The notes: generated from the letters alone by a model not told the origin. DNA of 64,000 bases from Vulcanimicrobiota bacterium (GCA_963723515.1 CAVRQT010000003.1:896001-960000); one strand, 5' to 3'; counted from the first letter of the stretch, positions 1 to 10,634 are shown. Numbers and translations: made by a program.

Positions 1-760
1 GTCCGCCTTCTCGATCGTAAACGGGCGATCTGTCCGCTCTTTCACGTATGCGATCGTCTTTTCGTCAGCGTGAAAGATGCCGTTCTTTGCACCGCACTCG
101 ATCGCCATATTGGCCATCGTGATACGGCCTGTGATCGAAAGTTCGTCGACCGTTGTCCCGTGATACTCGATGGCGCGATAGGTTGCGCCGTCGATGCCAA
201 GCGTGCCGACGGTCTTGAGCATGATATCTTTGGCGTAAACCATCGTCCCGGGGCGTGCCGCTATAGACGAGCTTGATCGATGCCGGCACCTTGAGCCAAA
301 CTTCGCCAAGCGCGAACGCGGCTGCGACATCGGTAGATCCCATTCCCGTGGCGAAGGCGCCGAACGCTCCGTACGTGCAGGTATGTGAATCACCGCCAAC
401 GATCAGCTCGCCAGGCGCAACGAGACCCTCTTCAGGCAATACGACGTGTTCGATTCCACCGCGACCCACGTCGAAGAAATTTTCGATCTGCTGTTCGGCG
501 GCGAATTCTTTCATCAACTGCGCGAGTTTCGCGGATTGCGCGTTATTTGCCGGAACGAAGTGATCTTCAACGAGCGCAATCTTCGAGTGGTCGAAGACTC
601 TTGTCGCGCCCTTGAGGTTTCGGAATGCAGCAATTGCGACCGCGGCCGAGAGTTCGTTCGCCAAGACGAGATCGACTTTGGCGTTGATGATTTCGCCAGG
701 GGAGACTCGATCAAGGCCCGCGTGGCGCGCGAGAATTTTTTCGGTGAGCGTCATGCCCAT
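1..760 (-). CDS. leuC: 3-isopropylmalate dehydratase/homoaconitase large subunit, short type-2 (LeuC/HacA) family; runs off the left edge, frameshift near 245
   Basis: MGMTLTEKIL start, DH..P, GIEH and GGDSHTCTYGA motifs. After a frame change it continues VYAKDIML...MANMAIECGAKNGIF to the window edge. Confidence 0.85.
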
Positions 761-900
761 GGAGCGAAGATCCTTTCGTTCGGAGGTTCCGGCTCTACCG
801 TTTTACCCGCCGGCTCGCATGCCTCTCGGGCACGCTATGGAACCAATGACCGATGTGGCTATCCGTTTGTTTGCAGGCCCGCTTGCTCCGAGATTGACCG

Positions 901-2023
901 GTGAACCTCAGCATCGACTACCGCACTGAGGCGGCCGCGCTTGATGCCGAAATCCTGGCTACGATCGCCGAGGTGGCAAGAGGCCGACGTTTCAAGGACT
1001 GATGACCCCTTTTGTTCGCTTGCTTTGCGAATTTTTGCGCACCAGCTGCGCTATAATGCGCCGTATGCACGATTCTGCGCATCGCTAGGAGTGACGCCGG
1101 AAACATTGCCGGCTGGGTGGCAAGAGATTCCGGCCGTGCCGGTCAGCGCATTCAAAGATGCGACTCTTGCAACCTTTCCTCCGCAGAACGCCGATTTGCA
1201 GTTTGAGACGAGCGGTACGACCGTGGGGCGAACGGGGCCAGCATTTGATGGAAAACGCCGCGCTCTATCGTGCGTCACTCTTAGCCGGATTCGATCGCGC
1301 GATTCTTTCACAGGGTTCGGATTTACGCTATCTCAACATGTTGCCACGCTGGCGCGATAAACCGCAGTCATCGCTTTCGTACATGATGGAAGTCGTTACG
1401 CGAGAGCGCGGTGACGGCCGCGATGGCTGGTATGTCGATGACCAGGTTCCTGCGGTCGACGCGTTTATCAAAGATGTGCGATGCGCGATCGGCGGAAGCG
1501 GCCGCCGTTTGTATCACCGGCACCGCATTCATGCTGGTGATTCTTCTCGATGAGTTGCAGGCGCGAAAGGAGCGCTTTGAGCTGCCGCCTCGATCCCGCA
1601 TCATAGAGACCGGCGGCTTCAAAGGCCGCGCGAAGAGAAATCGAGCGCAGCGAATTTTACCGTCTTCTCGCAGATCGCTTCGGCATCGAAATCCAAGCCA
1701 TTATTGCGGAATACGGCATGACCGAGTTGACGAGCCAGTATTATGACTCGATCGAAAGCCGTCGGGACGCCGAACGCGTAAAAGTCTCGCCTCCATGGTT
1801 ACGCTGGCGTATCGTTGATCCACGCGGTCGCGATGTCACCGCTGGAGCGAAAGGAACGCTCGTCCACGTTGACCTCGCAAATCGCAGCTCCGCAATCGCG
1901 ATCGCGACCGACGACGTAGCGTACCAGAGCGGTGGCGGTTTTGTGATGTGCGGCCGCTCGAGCGACGCCGAGTTGCGCGGGTGCTCGCTGGACGCCGAGG
2001 AGTTATGGTCGAGCGTCCGCTGA
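901..2023 (+). CDS. LuxE-like acyl-protein synthetase (several frameshifts)
   Basis: Fragments across frames: EIPAVPVSAFK, FETSGTT, IETGGFKGR, EYGMTELTSQYY, VDLANRSS and C-terminal RGCS (acylated Cys). GTG start at 901 is inferred. Confidence 0.8.
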
Positions 2024-3238
2024 TCCGCGGCGCGCTGCGCCAGCTTCCCGCGACTGCGATTATCGAAGCGCTCGCTGCAAGCGCCCAAACGTGGGCCGAT
2101 CCGAGCTATCCGCCCCGCCGGCAATGCGCTCGGGCGATCGAAGCGAGAACCGGGTACTCGGCACCGGTCGTGCGATTTGCGCTCGATCAACTCTTTGCAT
2201 CGATCACCCGCCATTCATTAACGGCGACGATCTGCGCCGAAATTGGGAGCATCGATGCGCTCGATCGATTTGTCGCGCGCGACGGCCGCCCGGATGGCTT
2301 TGCAAAGGCCGTCGGCGAGGTATGCGTCATCGCGAGCCGGACGACGGTCGGCGTCGCGCTCCTGCCCGCACTCTATGCGCTCTGCGCAAAATGCGACGTC
2401 ACCGTCAAAGATCGTGAAGACAATCTTATCGCCGCATTCTTCCGCACATTGGAAGAGCATGATAAGTCGTTCGGGCATGCGGCGCACGCCGAAGCCTTCA
2501 GCTCGCATGACGTGCAGCCGGATTTTCTCCGCCGATTTTCGTGCGTCGTTGCTTTCGGCAACGATGACACGCTGGCTCACCTTCGCAATGCCTGCAATGC
2601 CGATGCACGCTTTGTCGGTTTTGGCTCGAGAGCCAGCGCGGGTTATATCTCGTCGGATGCGGCGCGATCTGGAACGCTGGATCAGCTGCTCGAGAACGCG
2701 GCGCTCGATGCGGTGCTCTACGAAACGGAAGGCTGCATGTCGCTGCACATGCTCCTTGTCGAAGGTGCTGACAACGCTAAGAAGTGTCGCGCAGCGCTTT
2801 GCGGCGGCCCTGAAAAACGCCGGTGAACTGTTCCCGCGCGGTGCGAAGGACGCTTTTGGTGAAGCGCGCTTCTTAGCCGCCCGCAACGCAGCTGCGTTTC
2901 GCGCATCGCTGGGTCAAGGCGCGGTTTTTGCGGGCGATGATTACGTCGTCATTTTGGATCCGCCGGCCGAACAGCCTCCGCCCTTCGCACCGCGATGCAT
3001 TCCCGTGATTGCGGTGGATGAACCGGGCGACGCGTTGCGCCGTTTCACGGACCACGGCATCGCACTCGAAGCGTTTGCGCTCTCCGACGAGCGGCCCGAT
3101 ATCGTGCAGATGGCACTCGAATCAGGTGCGGTTCGTCTCACGCGCTTCGGCGAGCTGCAAAAACCTTCACCGGCCGGCAATCATGGTGGCCGAGGCAGAA
3201 TCACAGATTTTATTCGCTGGATCGACCGCGAATTATGA
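2005..3238 (+). CDS. LuxC-like acyl-CoA/acyl-protein reductase (frameshift near 2790)
   Basis: VVAFGNDDT nucleotide-binding segment, LDAVLYETEGCMS catalytic Cys region, C-terminal RLTRFGELQ.P...HGGR. Joins ORFs 1948..2826 and 2243..3238. Confidence 0.75.
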
Positions 3239-4515
3239 GCCCTGCATCTCCGGGACTGAAGTCGCAGCGGCTTGCAGCGCTGCTCGAGCGATACGGGTCT
3301 CGCGGCGCCCATGTCGCCACGCATTCGCCGATTTTCTGGGAGTCAGCGGAGGATGCGCGCATCATCGACGTTGATGGCAATGCCTACCTCGATCTGTGCG
3401 CGGCGTTCGGCGTCGCCGCGCTTGGGCATTCGAATCCGAACGTTGCAAGGGCTATCGGCGATCAGGCTGCTCGGCTGATGCACGCGATGGGCGATCTCTA
3501 TCCGGCCGGCCTGCTCGGGCAGTTGCTCGAAAAATTGGCTGAGATTTCGCCGGGCGACCTTTCAAAGAGCTTGCTCTGTTCGACAGGCACCGAAGCGGTG
3601 GAAGCGGCGCTCAAAACCGCGCTCCTATATAATGGAAGGCCTGGGATCATCGCCTTCAACGGCGCCTACCACGGCCTCTCGCTGGGCGCGCTCGAGGTTT
3701 GCGGGCTGCCCTTCTTTCGCAAGCCGTTCGAGCCGGCGTTAACGCATCGCGGCATCTTCTTCGATTATCCGCGCGCAGGTGGTCAATCAGCGGTGGATCG
3801 CACGATGACCGCGATTCGAGAGAAATTGCGGGACGATCGCGCGGTTGGCGCGCTGATCGTCGAGCCGATCCAAGGCCGCGGCGGCATCGTTCTGCCGCCG
3901 GACGGCTTCTTGCGGGCCCTGAGAGCGCTCTGCGACGAAGAGGGCGTCGTCCTGATCTTCGATGAGATCTACACCGGCTTGGGACGGACCGGCGCGTTCT
4001 TCGCCGCCCAACACGAGCAAGTCGTTCCCGATATCATGTGCGTCGGAAAAGCGCTCGGCAATGGATTTCCAATTTCAGCGGCAATTGCAAAGCCGCAGAT
4101 CATGGATGCATGGCCGGCGGCAGGCAGCGAAGCGCTGCACACTTCCACATTTCTCGGAAACCCGATGGGATGCGCGGCCGCTTTAGCAACAATTGATCAA
4201 CTCCAACGTCGTCGGCTTCCCGAACGGGCGCGCGAACTTGGCGAACGCGTCCAACACCGGCTCGAAACGCTACGCGGTAAGGATAGCGTTGTTGACGTTC
4301 GCGGGCGCGGACTCTTTTGGGGCGTGGAGATGCGCGATGTCCAGACCGCGCAAGCAATCGTCCAAGACGCTTTACGGCACAAGTTGATGGCCTTCGCCGA
4401 AGGCGCGGTCATCGCGATCATGCCGCCTTTAACGATTTCCGAGGAACGGCTCGATCAGGGGCTCGACATCTTAACGTCCGTGATCGCGGATTACGCCGTG
4501 ACGGGCACGCGATAG
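3235..4515 (+). CDS. Class III PLP-dependent aminotransferase (GabT/ArgD/LysJ-like)
   Basis: GTEAVEAA, AYHG, VEPIQGRGG, FDEIYTGLGRTG, VGKALGNG, HTSTFLGNP. ATGA overlap with luxC. Confidence 0.9.
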   Translation: MSPASPGLKSQRLAALLERYGSRGAHVATHSPIFWESAEDARIIDVDGNAYLDLCAAFGVAALGHSNPNVARAIGDQAARLMHAMGDLYPAGLLGQLLEKLAEISPGDLSKSLLCSTGTEAVEAALKTALLYNGRPGIIAFNGAYHGLSLGALEVCGLPFFRKPFEPALTHRGIFFDYPRAGGQSAVDRTMTAIREKLRDDRAVGALIVEPIQGRGGIVLPPDGFLRALRALCDEEGVVLIFDEIYTGLGRTGAFFAAQHEQVVPDIMCVGKALGNGFPISAAIAKPQIMDAWPAAGSEALHTSTFLGNPMGCAAALATIDQLQRRRLPERARELGERVQHRLETLRGKDSVVDVRGRGLFWGVEMRDVQTAQAIVQDALRHKLMAFAEGAVIAIMPPLTISEERLDQGLDILTSVIADYAVTGTR

Positions 4516-5539
4516 TGCTTTACAAAGTTGGCGTCGCCGGTGCCGGCTTCGGCGAGAAGGCGCACATCGCGGCGTACCAAGCGCATCCGGCGTTCGAAGT
4601 GGTCGCCGTTGCCTCGCCGCACTCGGCTCCACGCGTTGCGCGCGAACGGAACCTCAAGCACGCGTTCAAGAGCGTCGCTGAAATGCTCGAGCACGCCGAG
4701 CTCGACGTCGTCTCGATCGCCTCTCCTCCGTTTGCGCACCATGAAGATGTTCTCGCCGCGCTCGCCGCAAAAAAGCATGTCATTTGCGAGAAACCGTTCA
4801 CGCTGAGCGTCGCGCAAGCTGAAGAACTGACGAGCGCCGCAAGAAAAGCGGGAACGGCTTGCGGCATCATGCATGAGTTTCGGTGGGTGCCGCAGCGCCT
4901 TGCGATGCGTGAACTGATCGCGAACCGCCATCTGAGCCCGCTGCGTGAACTCGAAGTGACGCAGTTGAGCAGCAATCTGCGCGCCTCGGGCGACCGCAAG
5001 CGAAGTTGGTGGTTTCAGAAATCAAAAGGCGGCGGCCTCGCCGGTGCATTGCTATCCCATTTGATCGAACGGCGAATTGGCTCGTTGGGCAGCATCCTGT
5101 CCGCAGCACCGGCTATTTGAGGACCGCCAACGCTCGCCGGCACGATGCCGAGGGCCAGTTCACGAGTACCGTCGATGATGGGGCGTTCGCGATAATCGAC
5201 TATGGCGAAGGCTTGATCGGACGATTAACTGCAGACGGCACGTGCGCCGTTGACTCGTTTACGCTTGCCGCTCACGCGGAGAATCGAACCGTCGTCGCGA
5301 GCGGCCCCGGCATGGTCGAGAATCGCCTCTTCGCGGTCGACGCCGATGAAACGTCGGAGCTGGAGTGCACTCCAATGAAATACGCGCGCTTCGAATCGGT
5401 GCATCCAAACGTTCCACTCATTATGGAGCTGCTCGACGAGCTCGTCAAAGAGATTGAGAGCGGCAACAGCGCGCTGCCGACATTCGAGGATGGGCTTCAT
5501 ACGCAGCGCGTCCTCGAGTCGATCGGTTATCGCGCATAA
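4515..5539 (+). CDS. Gfo/Idh/MocA family oxidoreductase (frameshift near 5070)
   Basis: VGVAGAGFG, HVICEKPF, GGGLAGALLSHLID, PTFEDG. GTG start overlaps the upstream stop. Confidence 0.85.
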
Positions 5540-6774
5540 AATGTTGTCCAGAGCAGGCCCAGCGCTGCAACCGTAGCGCGCGATTGGATCAGTTCGCGCG
5601 AACCGCGCAGCAGCAGGCGCTGCGTCCGAACATCATCACCGCTCGCGATGCCAAGCCACACAAGACCAACCGGTTTCTCCGGCGTGCCGCCTTGCGGCCC
5701 GGCGATGCCCGTCGTTGCGATGCCGACATCCGCGCGCAAACGCAGGCGAACGCCGCGCGCCATTGCGCGGGCAACTTCAGCGCTGACCGCCCCAAATTCA
5801 GTCAACAACGACTCCGGCACATCTAATGCCTCCGCTTTGACCGCATCGGCGTAGGAAACAATACCGCCCAAGAACATCTGTGATGCGTTGGGGACACTTG
5901 TAACGCGCGCCGCGATGCGCCCGCCCGTGCACGATTCTGCAGCCGCTAGCGTCCGACGATCCGCGATGAAGCGCTTGACGAGAACTCCTTCGAGCGTCTC
6001 ATCATCCGTGCCGAAAATGTGACCGCCGAGACGTGTAACAATCGTCTGTTCGAGTGGCGCAATCGACCTTTGTGCACCGGAATCATCCGCCGCTTTCGCC
6101 GTGAGTTTGACGTCGCATCGAAAGTCGTGCGCCAGCACCGCGATCTTTGGATTCTCTTGCGACGCGAAGAGATCGCCGATGCGATGATCGATTTCAGACT
6201 CCGCGATTCCAATCGTGTGCAGTACGCGCGTCGTTATGCGGCTATGCAACGCAAAACGGGTCCGCAGCCAGGGAACGAGATGCTCGTCGAGCATCGGCAT
6301 CATCTCGTGCGGCACGCCCGGCATTGCCGCGACGAACTTTCCTTCCTTTGAAAAGGCGATAAAGCCGGCAGCCGTCCCATTCGGATTTGCAAGCGTCGTG
6401 GATCCGCGCGGAAGCAGCGCCTGTTTGCGATTGTTCTCACGCATCACTCGGCCCGAGCCCGCGAACACTCGCTCGATCTGACGAAGCGCGTCGTCGTTGA
6501 GTTCCATGTCGAGCTCAAGGGCATCACAAATCGCTTCCTTTGTCAGATCGTCGGTCGTCGGACCGAGGCCGCCCGAGGTGATGACGCCGTCGGCCCGAGC
6601 GAGCGCGTCTTCGATCGCCTTGCGGATCCGCGCGCGATTGTCGCCCACGGCGTGCGTCGCATAGACGTCCACGCCGTTCGATGCGAGCGCTCGGGCGATA
6701 TAGCCGGTATTCGTGTCGGTTAGCTGACCTAAGAGCAGCTCCGTGCCGACGGCAATGATTTCACATTGCGGCAT
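5527..6774 (-). CDS. cinA: Competence/damage-inducible protein CinA (with NMN deamidase domain)
   Basis: AVGTELLLG, GGLGPTTDDLT, AESCTGG, TGIAGP.GG.PEKPVG. Confidence 0.92.
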   Translation of the reverse strand: MPQCEIIAVGTELLLGQLTDTNTGYIARALASNGVDVYATHAVGDNRARIRKAIEDALARADGVITSGGLGPTTDDLTKEAICDALELDMELNDDALRQIERVFAGSGRVMRENNRKQALLPRGSTTLANPNGTAAGFIAFSKEGKFVAAMPGVPHEMMPMLDEHLVPWLRTRFALHSRITTRVLHTIGIAESEIDHRIGDLFASQENPKIAVLAHDFRCDVKLTAKAADDSGAQRSIAPLEQTIVTRLGGHIFGTDDETLEGVLVKRFIADRRTLAAAESCTGGRIAARVTSVPNASQMFLGGIVSYADAVKAEALDVPESLLTEFGAVSAEVARAMARGVRLRLRADVGIATTGIAGPQGGTPEKPVGLVWLGIASGDDVRTQRLLLRGSRELIQSRATVAALGLLWTTFYAR

Positions 6775-6791
6775 CGTGATGCGCCGAAGCG

Positions 6792-7391
6792 CTATTCGAC
6801 GATGTGCGGCCGCTGCGCGCGTTGCTCGTCGTCAAACCATGCGGGATAATGCAAAACGACATCTGCACCAAAACCTCGTGCTGCAGCGATCATCGCCTCT
6901 CGTCGCTTCGCAGATGATTGCGGATACCGTTGGCGATTGCGCTTTTTCAGCGTGGCCTGACACGAAATGAATCGCGCAAAGGTCTCGTCGAGTGCCTTTT
7001 GGATACCGTTGCGTAGCAGTTTTCCGACTCGCGGCGCCAATCCGGCCGTTGAGATCGCAACTCGAACCGGGCCCGCTTGCGCGATCGCCGCCATCGATAC
7101 GAAACCGTGCGCGGGCTGATCGATACAGCACAGCAAGAATCGTTCTTTATCGGCCAACGCACGCAAACGCGCGGAGAGTACGTCGTCTTGCGGCGTAGAG
7201 ATCACAAAGAATGCGCCGGCAAGGCGCCCATCCTCGGCAGCCGCGCCGTCGCGGATGCGCTCGACGTCGGCGCCCGATTCGCGTAAGGCCGCCTCTTTTC
7301 GATCGGCTTCGCTATCGTCGCCGATCACAACGCATCGCCGGCCTTCGAGATTCAAGCTGACCGGAAACGGCACCCGATTACCGTTCTCCAA
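6792..7391 (-). CDS. Precorrin-2 dehydrogenase/ferrochelatase-like protein (CysG N-terminal/SirC family), degenerate NAD motif
   Basis: FPVSLNLEGRRCVVIG, IDQP, VAISTAGLAP. Confidence 0.7.
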   Translation of the reverse strand: MENGNRVPFPVSLNLEGRRCVVIGDDSEADRKEAALRESGADVERIRDGAAAEDGRLAGAFFVISTPQDDVLSARLRALADKERFLLCCIDQPAHGFVSMAAIAQAGPVRVAISTAGLAPRVGKLLRNGIQKALDETFARFISCQATLKKRNRQRYPQSSAKRREAMIAAARGFGADVVLHYPAWFDDEQRAQRPHIVE

Positions 7392-8243
7392 CTAAAAATC
7401 CACTGGTCGGAGGTAAAATTCGTTGATGGCGGTGTTCGAGAGCATCGCCGTCGTCGGAAGATGGCGCTTCCAATGTGTTCCTTCGACGCGCTCGCGCACG
7501 AGCTTGATTTCATCCGCGGCAAATCCGCGTTCGCGCAATTGTGCGTCGCCGTAGCCCAGCAGCATTTGGGAAAGAATCGCGTCGGCGCGTGAGTAGGTGA
7601 TTCCCAAATCGCCCTCGTCGGTCTGATTCGCCTCGAGATCCGCACTGGGCGCCTTATCGATCAGCGGCTCCGGCACACCTAAGTAGCGCGCGAGCTCCCA
7701 AACCTGCGTCTTGAAAAGATCGCCTAGTGGATTGAGTGGCGGCGAATCGTCCGCGTGCCACGTGAAATACCCGAGAAGCCGCTCGGTTTTGTTTCCCGTT
7801 CCAACCGGCAGCGCGCGCAATTTCGATGATTGGTCGAAGAGGATCAGCATGCGCATGCGCGCCATCACGTTGCCGCGTCGCCGGCCATCCGCCTCGGGTT
7901 CGAATTGCAAGTAGCCGTCGACCGCAGCGCTGATATCAACCGTCCGGCATTTCAACCCTAAGGCATCGATGACCAGCTGCGCGTCCGTCAGGCTTTGAGG
8001 ACTCGAAGTGCGATACGGCATCCGGATCGCATAGACGTTACGCGACCCCAGAGCGCGCGCGCAAAGATATGCCGTGACCGCTGAATCAACACCTCCGCTA
8101 AGCCCGATGACCGCGCGATCGATGCCGCGCCGCTCGATCAATTCATCTTGCAGAAACGCTTCAAGCCAGCTGGCCGCGACGGGCGCGTTGATCGTCGGCC
8201 CAAGCTCTTGAATCCGCGCGTGCGCTTCAATGACTGGCAGCAT
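7392..8243 (-). CDS. nadE: NAD+ synthetase, synthetase subunit
   Basis: GLSGGVDSA, NVMARMRM, GTGNKTE, PSADL..QTDE. Start placed at MLPVIEA. Confidence 0.92.
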   Translation of the reverse strand: MLPVIEAHARIQELGPTINAPVAASWLEAFLQDELIERRGIDRAVIGLSGGVDSAVTAYLCARALGSRNVYAIRMPYRTSSPQSLTDAQLVIDALGLKCRTVDISAAVDGYLQFEPEADGRRRGNVMARMRMLILFDQSSKLRALPVGTGNKTERLLGYFTWHADDSPPLNPLGDLFKTQVWELARYLGVPEPLIDKAPSADLEANQTDEGDLGITYSRADAILSQMLLGYGDAQLRERGFAADEIKLVRERVEGTHWKRHLPTTAMLSNTAINEFYLRPVDF

Positions 8244-9159
8244 CGATCGCTCGCCGCGGAAGCGGCAATTCCTCATCAAGCAGCAAGTCCGGTAAGGCCG
8301 AGGAGAGATCTCCCAGCAACGGCAAACCGGCGCGCGCGATGTCCACTTCGTCGAGATCGACTTTCGCGCGCAAGATGCACGGCCCAAGCGGAGGCGCCTG
8401 CACGACAACCTTTCCGCGCGGGTCGATGACGCACGATGAACCGGTCATACCTTTGCCGCCTTCAAAACCTGTCAAACCGGCGTAGAAAATGAAGACGCCG
8501 TGTTCGCTCGCGGCATTACTCAATAGAGAGCGCCAAACCGTCAGACTCTCCAATTCATTGTTTTCATGGGCCTCGACGCCGCGACCGGGCGCCGCGCTTG
8601 GAACGATCAAACAGCGCGCCCCTTTGATGGCAGCGATCGTCGGCATGATGCTGTGCCAAATGTCTTCGCAGATCAGCAACGCCATCGGACCGAAACGTGT
8701 TTGGAAAACGCCGAGGCGCCGCCCACGCGAGAGAAACCGTTCTTCATCGAAGACGCCGTACGTCGGCAAGAACATCTTTCGATGCACGTGCAAGATGTGA
8801 TGCCTTTGCGCATCGACCTGCGTGTAGAGGGCGCTGTTGTAATACGTCCCCGAATCATTCTCATAGAATCCGGCGGCAATGTCGACCGCGGCTTTCGAAC
8901 CGGCCTTCTTCCATGCATCGGCCAAATCGCCGGCGACCGCATCAGCGCTGCGGGCCAGATCGAAAACCGCACCTTCGAGAAAGTAACCGGAAAGCGCCGC
9001 CTCCGGCAGCACGATCAAATCGGGCGCGTCGGCGGCGAGCTGCCTGAACACTTCTCGAACATCCGCGAGATTTCGTTCGTAGTCGCCCTTGTGGGGTTTG
9101 AGCTGAACGATGGCCACATCGCACTGCCGCGATGCGCCGGGCACGCGATCAGCCGGCAC
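8227..9159 (-). CDS. Nitrilase-family amidohydrolase, probable glutaminase subunit of NAD synthetase
   Basis: E-K-C triad (LPEAAL; HRKMFLPTYGVFDEERF; LICEDIW). Overlaps nadE. Confidence 0.85.
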   Translation of the reverse strand: MPADRVPGASRQCDVAIVQLKPHKGDYERNLADVREVFRQLAADAPDLIVLPEAALSGYFLEGAVFDLARSADAVAGDLADAWKKAGSKAAVDIAAGFYENDSGTYYNSALYTQVDAQRHHILHVHRKMFLPTYGVFDEERFLSRGRRLGVFQTRFGPMALLICEDIWHSIMPTIAAIKGARCLIVPSAAPGRGVEAHENNELESLTVWRSLLSNAASEHGVFIFYAGLTGFEGGKGMTGSSCVIDPRGKVVVQAPPLGPCILRAKVDLDEVDIARAGLPLLGDLSSALPDLLLDEELPLPRRAIDAASH

Positions 9160-10573
9160 TTTGCGCGCGCAGCGGATTCTCTTCGACCTGAACTGCCGTC
9201 ATTTTTTCGGCAATCTCTTCGGCTGGATAGAGCCAAATCTCGGCCATCGTCGGATGCAGGTGCGGAATTTTCATGAACTCAAAGACCGTTGCCGAGTAGT
9301 TCATCGCTACGATCATTTCATGGATGAGATCGGAGCCATGCGGACCGAGAACGGAGGCGCCGAGTATGCGGCCGCTGTCCGCCGCGGCGAGCATCTTGAC
9401 GAACCCTTTGGTCTTATTGATACAAATCGCCTTACCGTGTTCGGCGAAATCGTATACTCCCTTGATATACGAGACGCCCGTCGATTGCAGATCCCGCTCG
9501 GTATCGCCGACGACGGCGACTTGCGGATCGCTAAAGACCGTGTGCGTTTTCACGAGATGGTAGTTCGCGGGCTCGGCCGCATTGAGAACAGCATTGCGCG
9601 CGGCAAGTTCGCCCTGATAGATCGCGACGTGGACGAGCAAAAACCGACCCGTCGCATCACCGACTCCGAAGATGTGCGGGTTCGACGTTCGTAACGACTG
9701 GTCGACTTCCACACCGGTCTTCGGATGGGCGCGTACTCCCGCAACGTTCAATTCGAGGCCGGCGATATCTGGGACGCGTCCGAGTGCATAGAAGATCTCC
9801 GCGGCCTCGATCTCTTCGCCGCCCCCATGATGCACGACGTGTGCCACTTTCTTGCCATCTCGCGAAGAGACGCGTTCGATTAAAGTCTCTGTGCGTACGT
9901 CGATTCCCTCATCGCGAAAGTAGTCAGTCAAAGCGTAGCCAACATCATGATCTTCACTCGAAAGCAAGTGCGGGCTGCGCAAGATGATCGTTGTCTTGAC
10001 ACCGAGCCGCGCGAAGAACTGCCCTAATTCGGTACCGACGTATCCGCCGCCCAAGACGAGGATCGATTCGGGCAATCGATGCAGCTCGAGCGCCATGTCA
10101 CTGTCGATGTAGCCCGTTTCTTGCAGTCCCGGCAGAACAGCCGGCGTCACCACGCTGCCTGTCGCGATGATGAATTTCTGCGCCTCGAGCGTCGCATGGT
10201 CTCCAACTTGAAGCTTCGTCGGCGAAACGAACCGGGCGCGACCCTCGTACAGCGGAAATTCGCGGATCCCATCGATGCGATATTGCGCGAAGCCGGCGAT
10301 AATGTCGCGCTTGCGACGCATGATGTGCGGAAAGTCGATCTCGATCGAACCAACGTCGATGCCAAGTTCGGAAGCGTCGCGCACATCTTGCATGGTATCG
10401 CTGCTGGCGATCAGCGTCTTCGAGGGCATGCAGCCACGCAAGATGCAAAGACCGCCGAGGGGTCCGTGATCGACGAGCGCGACATCCGCACCCAATGCGC
10501 GCGCGGTTCGCGCCGCCGCGAATCCGCCCGATCCGGCGCCGACGATAACGATGTCATGTCGCGCATCAATCAT
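9149..10573 (-). CDS. Dihydrolipoamide dehydrogenase-like flavoprotein disulfide reductase
   Basis: GAGSGG, GGLCILRGCMPSK redox disulfide, GGGYVGTE, HPTMAE. Confidence 0.85.
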   Translation of the reverse strand: MIDARHDIVIVGAGSGGFAAARTARALGADVALVDHGPLGGLCILRGCMPSKTLIASSDTMQDVRDASELGIDVGSIEIDFPHIMRRKRDIIAGFAQYRIDGIREFPLYEGRARFVSPTKLQVGDHATLEAQKFIIATGSVVTPAVLPGLQETGYIDSDMALELHRLPESILVLGGGYVGTELGQFFARLGVKTTIILRSPHLLSSEDHDVGYALTDYFRDEGIDVRTETLIERVSSRDGKKVAHVVHHGGGEEIEAAEIFYALGRVPDIAGLELNVAGVRAHPKTGVEVDQSLRTSNPHIFGVGDATGRFLLVHVAIYQGELAARNAVLNAAEPANYHLVKTHTVFSDPQVAVVGDTERDLQSTGVSYIKGVYDFAEHGKAICINKTKGFVKMLAAADSGRILGASVLGPHGSDLIHEMIVAMNYSATVFEFMKIPHLHPTMAEIWLYPAEEIAEKMTAVQVEENPLRAQSAG

Positions 10574-10634
10574 TCTTCTTACGTTTGCTGGCTACAAGGG
10601 AGCGAGGGGTTTTCCTTTTAACTTTGCTTCTCTC

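Noticed and set aside
838..929. 30-aa ORF (MEPMTDVAIRLFAG...) upstream of luxE as a carrier or precursor peptide
   Set aside because: No SD, no LysW-like Cys or EDWGE motif, and it overlaps the inferred luxE start. Unsupported.
901..3238. Bioluminescence operon
   Set aside because: No luxA, luxB, luxD or luxG in the window.
9149..10573. Mercuric reductase MerA
   Set aside because: No C-terminal Cys-Cys pair or N-terminal metal-binding domain, it has the HPT..E motif of lipoamide-dehydrogenase-like enzymes, and no mer genes are nearby.
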